DNA of 64,000 nucleotides, taken from assembly GCF_009914755.1 (NCBI RefSeq), contig NC_060925.1; one strand, given 5' to 3'. The notes beneath the pieces are model-generated. The model did no database searches. It saw only the letters and a program-made list of their open reading frames with translations, and was not told the origin of the DNA. The stretch comes from the human T2T-CHM13v2.0 reference genome, Homo sapiens. This document shows, one piece after another, positions 31,521 through 47,332 of this stretch. Positions within the stretch are counted from its first letter, which is position 1; every line of letters starts with the position of its first letter. Both the position numbers and the translations under genes were made by a program.

Positions 31521-32439
31521 GAAGGAAAAAAATATGTACGAGGGTAGTTCACACAGGTAAAATCCTTGGTACTAAGCAAACAGTCAAATAAGGCTGGCCC
31601 ACTTTCATTATCACCATCAACATCCCCACTACCACCATAACACTTTTCAAGTGTAAAGTTGTTGGAAGCACCATGATTTGCAGTACCAGAATTCTGTAGG
31701 TATCAATCAGGTTTGCTGAATCAGATTTGGAAAAGATCTAAGCAGAGGGCATGACTATGATTTCAGTAAGTTCAATGTAAAAAGACCAAAAAAAAAATCT
31801 CAGTCATCCTCTAACAATGAGTAAACTATTCTCAAAGCAGAACTCAAATTAGCAATTATGTGCTACTTTATTATGTCACTGGCTCAGAAATTAACTCAGA
31901 AAACAAATCCCCAAAATTGGTTTCAAATGCTGCCAGGCAAGCAACACAATCTGCTCACTTCACCATATTTTTTGAGGTAAGTGAAATAAGATCCAAAAGG
32001 TGATCTCTTAAAAAAAACAAAAAACAAAACAAAAAAAAACCTGGATTCTTCTCATGAAACATTTTTGAGCCTACATGATTGGGGAAGAGCCTGGTATATC
32101 ACATTAATCCAATAAATGTGACAGAACAAGATAATCTCAATATAGTGGGATTAAATGCAATTAGCAAAACATTAAGTCTTCTTAACTGTGAGCTCTAGCA
32201 GAGTAGAAAATCTGCCCTACTACTACTAATATACTACTGCCTATACTACTAATATAATAGTATATTATTATAAATATATAATATTTATAATAAGCTAGTC
32301 AGAAACATTTAAAAACATTTTTATTCCACTAGAAATGAGTAATTTTTACATACCATTTATTAATTAGTTAAGTTAATTAATGTCTCTGGACCTCAAATTT
32401 CTTATGCATGGAATGAAGTACATTTGTATAGATCAAAGA

Positions 32440-32668
32440 TCTGTCAACTACAGTCTAAGAGCCAAATCTAGTCCACCACTATTTATTTTTTTAAATAAAG
32501 TTTTATTGGAAGACACCCACGTACAGTAGTTTATCAACTGTCTATGGCTGATTTTACATCACAGTGGCACAGCTGAACAGCTGCAACAGAGACCATACAG
32601 CCTGCAAAACCTGAGATATTTACTATCTAGCCCTTTACTGAAAAAAAAAGTTTACTGATCCCAGTTCT
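32440..32668. mobile_element. MER58A-type MITE
   Basis: GCCAAATCTAG...AATAAAGTTTTATTGGAA...ATATTTACTATCTAGCCCTTTAC. Confidence 0.7.
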
Positions 32669-32772
32669 AAATCAGTGGTTCCCAAACCTCAGTCTATATA
32701 AAAAGTGTCAATGATGTATTGCAAAATGAATACAATAACAATCATGAAATACAAACACACACACAGAGGTTT

Positions 32773-32990
32773 TTTTTTTTATGTGAACCTTGGTTTGTAT
32801 TTTTATTTTATTTATTTATTTTTATTATACTTTAAGTTTTAGGGTACATGTGCACAACGTGCAGGTTAGTTACATATGTATACATGTGCCATGTTAGTGT
32901 GCTGCACCCATCAACTCGTCATTTAACATTAGGTATATCTCCTAATGCTATCCCTCCCCCTTCCCCCCACCCCACAACAGGCCCCAGTGT
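32773..32990 (-). mobile_element. 5'-truncated young L1PA 3' end (about 170 bp) with a double A-tail and 13-bp TSD
   Basis: Near-consensus L1PA 3'UTR (TTATTATACTTTAAGTTTTAGGGTACATGTGCACAACGTGCAGG...); TSD CACACAGAGGTTT at 32760-32772 and 32991-33003. Confidence 0.93.
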
Positions 32991-33390
32991 CACACAGAGG
33001 TTTAACAACTTAAAATTTGTATAAAGGACTGCTCCTATTTGATGATTTTTGTTGTTAAAACATGAAATGATACTGGCAGTAAACAGCAGTTTTCTTTAAA
33101 GGTCTTCTTGGCCAAATTATAAATTTAATAGTCATGTATGTTTTCTACTTTATTTTACTCTACTTTTTATTCATTTTACTTGTCTATAATGTGAAACCAA
33201 TGGTGCAGTCAATATTTAGATTTCTTCTCACTGTTTAAACCTAAGCACAATATCTAACAGACTTACTATAAGAAACTGAATGGCAGGAAGAGTATCTTAA
33301 CACCTGTATTCCACAAAATAACTAGCACACTGCCTGTCTTCTAAAAAAAATTCAAAACCTTGAATTTTCCATAGAAACAATAATAAACAT

Positions 33391-33526
33391 GGCCAGGCGC
33401 AGTGGCTCATGCCTGTAATCCTAGCACTTTGGAAGGCCAAGGCAGGCAGAATGCCTGAGCTCAGGAGTTCAAGACCAGCCTTGGTACACGGTGAAACACC
33501 ATCTCTACTAAAGTACTAAAAATTAG
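33391..33526 (+). mobile_element. Alu left arm only
   Basis: Similarity ends after the A-rich linker. Confidence 0.85.
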
Positions 33527-33769
33527 GTATCATAAATTATGATTCATTCCAAAAATAGATTATGTATATTTTAAAAGAAATGAGAGAAGTTCTATAGATA
33601 ATGAAATAGAAAGATGCCCATGAATATAGTATGAAAGGAAAACAATAACCAGGAAGTTTTATTATTTACACTACTATAAATATTCCATGTTAATTTAAGT
33701 TAAAAAAACTTGTTAAATATAAATGAAAAAAAAAAATACGTATCAAACTGTTAAATGTTATTGCTTTAA

Positions 33770-34126
<357 letters not shown>

Positions 34127-35069
34127 TAAATTTTTATCATTAATTTAGTTACTTTCATAATGAAATAAATTATTTTAAGATTGTTTTTCTAATATTAAGA
34201 AAACTAGAGAAACAATATTTTAATCTAGATGATTAACTGCCCACTTGATGTCTACTGGATCTGCATGAGAATTTACTGGGGAAGAAAGCATATCTATGAA
34301 AGGGAACAGACATCAATAATATCTGAGATACAATTATACCTCAACATACTGCTTTTTCATAAAAATGAATAAAAATGGTATATATCTAATAGAAATAAAG
34401 CCAAAATGTTATAATATTGTACATTCAAATCTGCACATTATGTCTCTACTAGTAAATTCATCATTACTGTTTCTATACATATTGTACAATAGTATTAAAA
34501 GCAATAAAGAGGGCTGGCACAGACTTACAGCAGGAAATTTAATGATGACATTTTCTGAGTAAAGTGATTGGCATAATCACTAAGTAAAAAAGCAGATTAC
34601 AATTCAGTAAGACATCTTTAAAAATGATGTTGTAAATTAGAAGACTAATTGTATTCCCTTTGCAACACAGAAATTAACGGGAGACACTGTCTATTTCAGC
34701 ATGTTCATGCTGATTAATAATCCCATTGTTTTCTATTTAAAAAATTCTAGATAGTAACAACCATTGTTACTCTCAAAAATAATTACTTGGATTTAAGTTT
34801 TCAGAATAAGGACCTAGAATAAAGGCACTAGAATTACATAAAAATGGTGACAAAGGTAAGTCCAAGGATTACACAAGGAATACTTCAACAGCACTTGCAA
34901 TATGCTGTCAAAAATTGGGTGATATATATATATATTGTGTAACTTTTAAACTCACATATATGTAACACATTATTGTTCTGAAAATATCAAATTTCATAGT
35001 AATGATACAACTTAATAAAGCTGAGTTAAATAAACATATTTGAGACATTTAGTGAGGTTATATAAAATG

Positions 35070-35425
35070 TAGTATTAATCCCTTTTCTGCAATTTCAGTT
35101 ACCTGCAGTCAACCAGTCTGAAAATACTAAACAAAAGATTCCAGAAATTAACAATTCATAAGATTTAAATTGCAAGCCATTCTGAATAGCATGATAAAAT
35201 CTTGCACTGTCCTGCTTCATGTCACCAGGGATGTGAATCATCCCTTTATCCAGTGTATCCATGCTGTACACGCTACATGCCAATTAGTCACTTAGTAGCC
35301 CTTTTATCAGATCAAAAAAAAAAAAAAAAAAACCCATGGTATGTATAGGGTACTATGTGAGGTTTCAGATGCCCACTGGGGGTCTTGGAATGTATTCCCT
35401 GAGGATAAGTGAAGGTTATTGCGTA
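35070..35425. mobile_element. MER44A-type Tigger MITE
   Basis: TTTCAGTTACCTGCAGTCAACC...GATGTGAATCATCCCTTTATCCAG...GGGGGTCTTGGAA. Confidence 0.75.
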
Positions 35426-36375
35426 TCACTTTGAAATAGCAGTTTCCCAAGACAATATCAACCAAGGTAACAGAAAACTTTTCCCTTCTCTAAAAGAAGT
35501 AAAGCCACGTAACATTTGGTTGCTTTGCCTACTTCACCTCAAAACTGAAAAAAAAAAACCTTCTTGGGCTACTTGAATCAAATCAATTCTGCTGTAATCT
35601 TAACTGAGACAATCCCAATTTTAGGAAACTGGTTAATGGATAAGTTATCCTGTTATATTAAGATTATTTAATAAGTTTTTGCTTTGTTGGTTATATAACA
35701 GATCAATGCTTACTGAATCTCAAAACTTAATTTTTCTAGTATCTACTAATTTTATCCCTTATTATTCACCTTCCATGGAATAAGAGAAATGTAATATGAA
35801 GTAAAAATTTGTTGAATGAAGTAAGTAATTTTTATCATTTTTAGTTCAGCATTGGCGCATATGCCAATAATCTTGGCAACCCAGCTCTCTCTAAATTAAA
35901 AACACTTTTAATTTTTCAAGGCATTTTCATTGGAACTAATACCCAAAACCTCCCCCATGCCATAGATCTTATCACAATTTTGCGGAGAATCACAGGTTCA
36001 CTGAGTTATATTTAGTTATGGCATGTATATTCTCCAAGTGCCTGCCAGTCACTGTTCTAGGGGCTGGGGATATAGCAGTGAACAAAACAAAAATCTCTAC
36101 TTTCATGGAAATTGCATTCTACTAAGAAAGACATTAACAAAATCTTTAAGGTGTAAGGTGGTAGGAAATGTTTGGAGAAAAAGAGATTGTGAAAGGAGGA
36201 TAAGGTATATTCATGCCACTGGCAAAAATCCAGTAAAAATCTAGGTAACAGTGAACTGGTGGAAGATGTCAGAACTCTGAAACATGATTCTTTCCAGTAG
36301 AATTATCAGCTTGTAAAGAAGATGTCATTAACTAAATATATTTCTATAATACTCCTCTTGTAAGCCACTCTCTAA

Positions 36376-36823
<448 letters not shown>

Positions 36824-36969
36824 AGTAGCTTTCAAGAAAGAACTGTTAGCAGCATGTTATTTAAAAATCCTTCTTACCACTAAACCTCATTGTATAAACC
36901 AACCCACCAAGCAACAAAATTAAATAAACACAAAAAACTAGCAGAAATGTCTTGACTTTTCCTACTTAC

Positions 36970-37084
36970 CATAAGCATTGGGGAAGTCCCCAGGTCCTGG
37001 TCCAGGATAAAAAGGACCTGGCCCCGGTGGTTGAACTGGATATTGTTGGGGGGGCCCAACATAAGGAGGGCCACTATGACGGTA
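36970..37084 (-). CDS. EIF4G3: EIF4G3 exon, 115 nt, YRHSGPPYVGPPQQYPVQPPGPGPFYPGPGPGDFPNAY(G)
   Basis: TTTTCTAG| acceptor, G|GTAAGT donor, phase 0-1. Confidence 0.97.
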
Positions 37085-37683
37085 CTAGAAAAGAGAAAGT
37101 ATGAATATTTATAAATAATATGGTATCTGGGGGCGAAAAACATAATAAAATAATAAGAAAGTAGCTTACTACAGAAAGTAAAGTTCTCTGTGTAAGAGAA
37201 TCATTTAAATGAGGTAAAGCGATTGGGTCAAACACATTAAAAATGCTTGCTTGCCATCAAGATACAATGAGAATGAAGAGAAAGGTGCAGCTTAGTAAAG
37301 CCATACAACATATCAGTGCACAGGCAGACATCAGCTCACTGTAAAATAATCTCAGGCTAGTAGCTTTTCAATGACATTAAAGGATTTCAGGAACAGCATA
37401 ATCACTGAGTCCATTTTAGAGCAGTTGGTTGTGGCAAAGGGATGGGAGAAAGCAAGTAGATAAAAACAATTTATCATTTTAAAAAATTTTAAGTAAACAG
37501 ATGTAGAAATATCTTCACACAGCATAATGAAAAATCACAAAAGGGCTAGATTTGTAACCAACAAAACAGTTCACACGTCACCGAAAACTAATACCACAAT
37601 TCATCCACCCAGCTCCCTCTGATGTGAATCCGGGTTAATTTCCACTCTATTGCTGGACCACCTAGGCCTCAAAGATACTTTAC

Positions 37684-37863
37684 CTGTGGTATACAGTACT
37701 GAGGCCCCTGGGGCACTGGGTACGGCATGGGCAGATGGTTAACCATCATGATGTGCTGATTAGCCTGGTACACTGCAGTGGGTGTCTGTGCACCAGGACG
37801 AATGGAAGGACTGCTGTTCGGGATGGTAGCTCTAGGAGGCTGTATTTGAGGCCTCTGGAAAAA
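37684..37863 (-). CDS. EIF4G3: EIF4G3 exon, 180 nt, FFQRPQIQPPRATIPNSS...PQGPQYCIPQ
   Basis: CCCAG| acceptor, CAG|GTAAAG donor, 60 open codons matching eIF4GII. Confidence 0.97.
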
Positions 37864-38095
37864 CTGGGAAGGGGAGAAAAAAAAAATTTTTTTTTTTTTT
37901 TAACACAGGGGAATATATAAATTTTACTGTCTCCTTTTCTTCACTAATAAAAATCTGGTCAACTTGAATTACAAATACAATATGCATAAAAAGAATAAAT
38001 TACCTATTGCTGGGTTCCCAAAAATATACCACACTAGGGCAAGCTCTTATCAGTATCATCACATATTTGAAAACAGTAGGGTGGTTTCGACCCGA

Positions 38096-38403
38096 CTGTA
38101 TATATACGTATGTATATATGCATACATACATGTATACGCACATACTGTATATATACATACATACATGTATACGCACATACTGTATGTATACATACATACA
38201 TGTATACGCACATACTGTATGTATACATACATGTATACGCACATACTGTATGTATACATACATGTATACGCACATACTGTATGTATACATACATGTATAC
38301 GCACATACTGTATATACACATACATATATGTATACACACATACTGTATATATACATACATATATGTATACACACATACTGTATATATACATACATATATG
38401 TAT
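38096..38403. repeat. Minisatellite with 26-30-bp units (TACATGTATACGCACATACTGTATGTATACA-like), about 10 copies
   Basis: Direct reading; explains the six overlapping Y/T/H/I/C-rich ORFs. Confidence 0.95.
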
Positions 38404-38961
38404 AATAAAGTATAACAAAAGGGGTAGCTAATATTGATATTTCTCTATTATATAAAAGAACTGACTCTGATAAAGAGTAAGTGGTTCATTATCAAATCAT
38501 TAAAAATTAAAAGTAGCCTCCTAAAAGACTGCTGTTCAAGTAATTTATAAAATACTTAGAAGAACAAGGAATCTCTTTGATCATAAAATATTTACCCAGT
38601 CCATCAGGGTCAAGCTAAATTAAACCATCTGTAGGGTTGTCACATGCTGAACTAAGCAGTTTTTTTCCTCTCCAAAAGGTGGCACAATCCCATACTAAAC
38701 TGAGCCTTCTAGAATAGTTTGCAATAAAAGTGGACAATCTAGACAGGCCTAAGAATGGTCTGGAATCAGCAGAGTTCAAATTTCTCAAAATGGCAACCAG
38801 TACCTGTAGTTATAATTTTCACTGCAAGATTAAAAGCCTTGAAACAATATACCAATAGTAAATTTCCAATGTGAATGTATCCATTCATTAGCAATCAATC
38901 TCAATGTAATAATAAGCAGACTGAGTTATAAAGAGGCCATGCAGAACCAGTAGTTTGTTAC

Positions 38962-38982
38962 CTGGATAGGTCTGAATCCTCC
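38962..38982 (-). CDS. EIF4G3: EIF4G3 21-nt neuronal microexon, GGFRPIQ
   Basis: AAG|GGAGGATTCAGACCTATCCAG|GTAACA; paralogous to the eIF4G1 microexon GGFRSLQ; UGC-containing pyrimidine tract upstream. Confidence 0.94.
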
Positions 38983-40728
38983 CTTCAAATATGAAGCAAG
39001 AAAGCAGCAGGAAACAGAAAGAAAGCCAATGGAAAAGCTTACAGATCAGTTGGAAGGGACAGGAAATAGCATGCAGCTCAACAAAAATATCTTTCTATTT
39101 AGTAATAATAGGAGAAGAAAGAAGACTAGAAAATCAGAATGACAGTTCTTCACTTGAGAATTTAACCACACATAGAATCAAAGAATCAAGTTACATTTAA
39201 CTGAAATCCAGTGGCAAAAATCCTCTATGATTATTAATAGCCACAAGTTATAGTAGTGTGCAAGGAAATGTCTGCTTGGTGGCACAAGTACAGTTGTGAC
39301 TACTGGTTCTTACTCTTGGATCTCATGATCACCCATTTCATGATCTGGCATTGTCTAGCATCTCTGTGATCTACTTGCCATCTGTGTCATTTGTTATTTT
39401 TGTAAAAGTCCTAAGAAATAAACTTTTCAATATATATCAGACTCTTAATGACAGAGACTTGCTTGCTCTTTTTAACTAATCAGGTATATAAGAGGGCACT
39501 TATAGCTCTAAAATGGAGAACTATAATAACAATCTTAAAATGTGGTCTTGCACCAAAATAAATAAAGCAGCAAAATATTCGTTGCTATCAGTCCAAATAA
39601 AGCCAAGCTTCGACCTTTGGGCCCACTCTGGTCTTATTTTGTCCTACTCTTAGGCATCAAACCACCCACAGATGGTATAAGTAACTTGATCTTGTGCTCA
39701 AAAGGAAGAACTGGGATCTAGTGTCCAAGGCTCATCCCCATTCAGCCTTCCTACCCCATGGCAAAGATAGCCCTAAAGAAATTAAGTCACAGAAAAACAA
39801 CAGCCAGAAAGGTATAGCAGGAGAACGGAATAAATGGGGGAAACCAAAGGGGCAGGCCACAGAGAGTAGGTGATGGAGATGAAAAGAAAGCACAGGAGGC
39901 AAAGTTGGTAACATAGGAACCTGGGATGCAATACAACTACAGGAACCATCTTCTAGTTATCTCCACTGACACAGTTTTGGTGACAACATTTTTTTGTTGG
40001 CTGCTAAAAGGAACAATAAAGCAGTAAACCTCCCATTACTGGACTGCATTTCTCGTAATTACAAAGCAAACAGAATCTATCATGCATCAATGCATGTGAT
40101 CTGTAAACAACACTTCAGGAACAAACTTAAGTATTTTTATAATGTAGTTAATATCAGGAGCCACAAGAATGATACAAGCCTCAAGTAGAGAAGAGTCATT
40201 ATCTGTTCAACTTACTGGGCATTGCTAAATAACACAGGCAGAGGATAAAAATCTTAATACTGAAAGATCCTTTGAAATCAACTGTAGAGGGCAGCCCAGC
40301 CAAGATAAAGGGCGTATCAAATGAACACAGGTGATCATCTATTATGGTAACACTATCATCAAATAATGTCAAAATACTCCTATGTTGCCTGAAGAAATAG
40401 GGTGTTACGGGGTGGTAAGGAGAGGAGAAAGAAAATGAATCCATTAACTTATGCAGAGTAAGAAAAATAGATACGGGCAATGTTTTCCAAAAATTTTAAC
40501 AGTCTGTATGTGAAATATTTTCTTACCACTATTTTCCAGCTGTTCTGATAAAACTTTTAACCAGCCTGTCCAGAATAACTGAGGTTACATCTTATTCAAT
40601 GAGGTTTCTGAACAGTATGAAACTAATTTCCTCAGTAACTTTGAAGTAAAAACAGTGTTTCTAATGATATTCCTAATATTAACATATAGCTGAACCAAAA
40701 AAAGCCACTAAATATGTAGTTATATTGA

Positions 40729-41457
<729 letters not shown>

Positions 41458-43093
41458 AACATATATGTTAACTCATGCTCATAAATGACCTTGAAGGCAA
41501 GTACTATTATTAACAGGTCATAAGATATATGTAAAAACTGAGGAACAGGGAGATTAAATAACTTGCTGGAAGCCTCCCCCATCTGTAACTAAAACACAGT
41601 CAGATTATAGGCATGTACTTTTAACTGTTACACATATTACCTCTCATGAAATGGAATACCCCCATATTTTCACATAAACCAGCAGAAATCTTTTCTTTAC
41701 AAACACTGAAAGGATGTAGCAGGATCTTTATCCAACTATACTAACGGGTGGCATGTCCCTCAATCATGACTGATTCCTGGTAAGAAAAATTTTCCATCAA
41801 GTTACTTCACAAAACACATGCTTACTCACGAAAACAAATTTCTTCTACCTACACAACTCCAATTCTCTATCTCCCAAAAAGTGACTGAAACTTGTTCATA
41901 TGCTAAAAGCGTATCCTTGGCATACCATTTTACAGACTTACTTTTGCTCAACTTCACTGCATTAATACTTTTTACAACAATAGTCTATCTGGAGCTTGTG
42001 TTTTCCACTTAAAAGTACAGGATCACTTACACACACACACGTGCACCAGAAGAGATTCTAGAAAAGCCGTAATGACTAGAAATGCAAAAAAAAAAAAAAA
42101 TATATATCCTTTTTGTACTCCTTCCAAACCATTCAATTACAAATGCATAATTAGATTTAATAGTAATGCAAGAAATTCAGATTCTCAGTTGGGCAAGCAT
42201 AGCAGTAATCCATAGGTTATTAAAAGGAATATATAAATGGGATTTCCCAAACTGCTTGCAATCCTTCAAATTTCTTTTCTTCTCAACTGAGTGATGAACA
42301 ATCATTAAGAGTCAAACTCTCCTGAATGGAAGGAGCCATTTAGTCTCACCATCCACCTAAAGTCTGAATATCTTTTATAATATACCACTAGGGATAAGAA
42401 ACTTCAGCAACTTAAGATACAAATTCTTTTCATAATTAAATGGAGTTCTAATACTGTAAAACTCTTCCTTCTACTGGCCCCCAATTTTTCTCCCTATATC
42501 ACCTATCCACTTGTCTCGTGTCCATCCCTAAAACCACACAGATGTCAAATCCTTCTCCATCAGCAACAGACCACTAAGTTATGTGAACGCTGCCATTACT
42601 GCCAATTTTCACACCACTATTTTTTGTTTCAAGTCAATCATAACCCTCTCCCTAGCATCCTGTCCCTCCAACCAAGATTTTTAATTCCCAAATGAGCTTG
42701 ATCTTTTCTTTCAATCTTGTTCCAACACAAAGGTATCGAGGTGGGGTCTGCCCAGAATGTACCTGGCACTCACTAAAAAAATATTTGTTGCTGAGTGAAA
42801 AGGCAATATACCTCTCTTATTCCTGCCAGCTCCAATTCCATTAATGAAACCAAGAATCACAGGAGCAGTTTTGATATTTTACTACTGATTGGTACTGACA
42901 CTCATTTAAAGCATTTAAATCCTCTTTATACATAACCTGGCTAAATAAGCTGTGTTCTTCACTTCAGTGTGTACTCTTACAATTGTGTTTTGAAGCTCAT
43001 ATAGAGGATTTTGTAGTTTGTAACTATGAAAATTTATCTGGCTAAACAAGCCATCATTTCAGATTGTACCGACTGCATGACAGTGTCAAACTA

Positions 43094-43372
<279 letters not shown>

Positions 43373-44892
43373 TTATCCAAGTAACTGATAAAAATGCTGC
43401 AAAGAGCTAGGCACAGAAAAGAGAGCCATGTACAACATAAAATTCACCTCCTAAACTTCATTTCAATCTGTTTTACTTCTTTCATCTTTCAAGGATTTAT
43501 TATTAATACACCAGAAGGATGGCAGAGGAAGGTGAAAACTCTCATTTGAGGCAGTATTTTGGGCAGATCCAACAAGATAGGATACTTTTAAAACAGAGGC
43601 TGAACTTAGCATACTTATAATTGCTTACTTTCCCAGAAACACTCTAGAAGCCAGAATAAAAAATGTTTCCTCTCGAAAAATCCTTCTAAAGATGCAATAA
43701 TTCATATCATTACCCAAAGCTTCCTCATCAAAAACGTCTAACAAATGGTGTTTGAACGTGCTGGCAATTATGAAATATCGTTTTTCATGACTTTGCTCAG
43801 TAAAAGCATGAAAAGACAAAAACACCTCTAACAAATTATATAACAGAAATTCTCTGAAAAACATCTTTTCATTTTCAGCAACTAGAAAAATCCTATTTAA
43901 TCACATTAGATATTCCCATGTGGGGAAAAGCTCTGAGTACAAGCATAGCTCATTTTATTCTGCTTTGCTTTATTGTGCATTATAGATATTGCATTCTTTA
44001 CAAATTGAAAGTTTGTGAAATCCTTGTGTTGAGAAAGTCTATCAGCACCATTTTTCCAACAGCATGTGCTCATTTCGTGTTTGTCACATTTTGGTAATTC
44101 TCCCAATATTTCAATTTTTTCATTATTATTATATCTGTTATGGTGATGTGTGATCACTGACCTTTTATGTTATCATTGTAACTGGGAGCGCCATGAACTG
44201 CACCCATAGAAGACAGCAAACTTAAGAAAGTTGTGTGTTCTAACTGCTCCACCTACTGTCTGTTGTCCCCCCGCCTCTCCCATTTTTCTCCTCTCCTTAG
44301 ACCTTCCTATTCAGCAGACACAATAATATTGAAGTTAGGCCATTATATGGAAATTAATAACTGAACAGTGGCCTCTATATGGTCTTGTGTCACATCTCTC
44401 ACTTTAAATAAAAACTATAAATGACTAAACTTAGTGAGGAAGGCATGTTAAAAGCTGAGATAGGCTGAAAGCTACTTCAAAAGCCAAGTTGTAAATGCAA
44501 AGAATAAGTTCTTGGAGGAAATTTAAAGTGCTACTCCAGTGAACACACAAATGATAAAGCAAAACAGCCTTATTGCTGATATGGAGAAAGAGCAGTTTGG
44601 ATAGAAGATCAAACCAGCCACAACATTCCCTTAAGCCAAAATGTAATCCAAAGCAAAGTCCTAACTCTCATTTCAATTCTGTGAAGGCTGAGAGGTAAGA
44701 AAGCTACAGAAGAAAAGTTGAAGCTAGCAAAGTTTAGCTCATGAGGTTTAGTGAAAGCAGCTGTCTCCATAACATGAAAGTGCAAGGTGAAGCAGCAAGT
44801 ACTTATGGAGAAACTGCTTCAAGTTATCCAGAAGATCCAGCCAAGAAAACTGATAAAAGTGCCTACACTAAACACATGATTTTCAGTGTAGA

Positions 44893-45011
44893 TGAAACAG
44901 CCATCTATTGAAACAAGATGTCATGCATTGACTTCTCTTTAGCTAGGACTTTCACAGCTAGTGAGAAGTCAATGCCTGGCATCAAAGCTTCAAAGCTTCA
45001 ACAGGCTGACT
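44893..45011 (-). ncRNA. MIR1256: MIR1256 precursor hairpin (mature 44956-44977, AGGCAUUGACUUCUCACUAGCU), intronic and Tigger1-derived
   Basis: About 28-bp inverted repeat GATGTCATGCATTGACTTCTCTTTAGCT / AGCTAGTGAGAAGTCAATGCCTGGCATC; mature sequence matches recalled hsa-miR-1256; same strand as the host gene. Confidence 0.88.
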
Positions 45012-45499
45012 CTACTGTTAGGGGCTAATGTAGCTGGTGACTTTAATTTGAAGCCAATACTTATTTACTATCTGGAAAATCCTAGGGCCCTTAAGAATTA
45101 TGCTAAATCTACTCAGACTATGCCCTATAAATAAAATAACAAAGCCAGAATGATAGCACATCTGTTTGCAGCATGGTTTGCTGGCTATTTTAAGGCCATT
45201 GTAGAGAGCTTAGATTCCTTTCAAAATATTACTGCTTACTGGGAAAACACCTAGTCACCCAAGAGCTCTGAGGGAGATGTATACAGAGATTAATGTTGCT
45301 TTCATGCCTGCTAACACAACATCCACTCTGCAGCCTATGGATCAAGGAGTAGTTTTGATTTTCAAGCCTTATTATTTAAGAAGTATATTTTGTAAGGCTA
45401 CAGCTGCCACACATACTGATTTCTCTGATGGTTCTGGGCAAACTACATAAAAAACTTCCTGGAAAGGATTCACCATTGCTGATGCCATTAAGAATATTC

Positions 45500-45763
45500 C
45501 TGGGTGCAGTGGTGTACGACTGGAGTCCCAGCTACTTAAGAGGCTGAGGTTGCAGAATTGTTCTAGCCCAGGAGTTTGAGGCTAGCCCAGGTAACATCGT
45601 GAGACCCTATTCCCCCAAAAAGAGAGGAGAGGAGAGGAGGGGAGGGGAGGGGAGGGGAGGGGAGGGGAGGGGAGGGGAGGGGAGGGGAGGGGAGGGGGGG
45701 GGGGGAGGGGAGGGGAGGGGAGGGGAGGGGAGGGGAGGGGAGAGGAGAGGAGAGGAGAGGAGA
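45500..45763 (+). repeat. FLAM monomer with a (GGAGG/GGAGA)n polypurine tail (45622-45763), inside Tigger1
   Basis: Direct reading. Confidence 0.9.
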
Positions 45764-45930
45764 GATTTGTGATTCATGGGAGAAGGCCAAAATATCAACA
45801 TTCACAAGCATTTGGAAGAAGCTGATTCCAATACTCATGGATTACTATGAGGGATTCAAGACTTCAATGGAAGGAGTAAGTGCTGATACGGTGGAAATGG
45901 CAAAAGAACTAGAATTAGAAGTAGTGCCTG

Positions 45931-47332
<1,402 letters not shown>

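Noticed and set aside
37964-38431. Six overlapping 100-155 aa ORFs rich in Y/T/H/I/C/M
   Set aside because: Produced by a stop-free minisatellite; open on both strands and with no splice or homology support.
45563-45838. Poly-(PSPPL) extensin-like ORFs
   Set aside because: Translation of the (CCCCT)n simple repeat.
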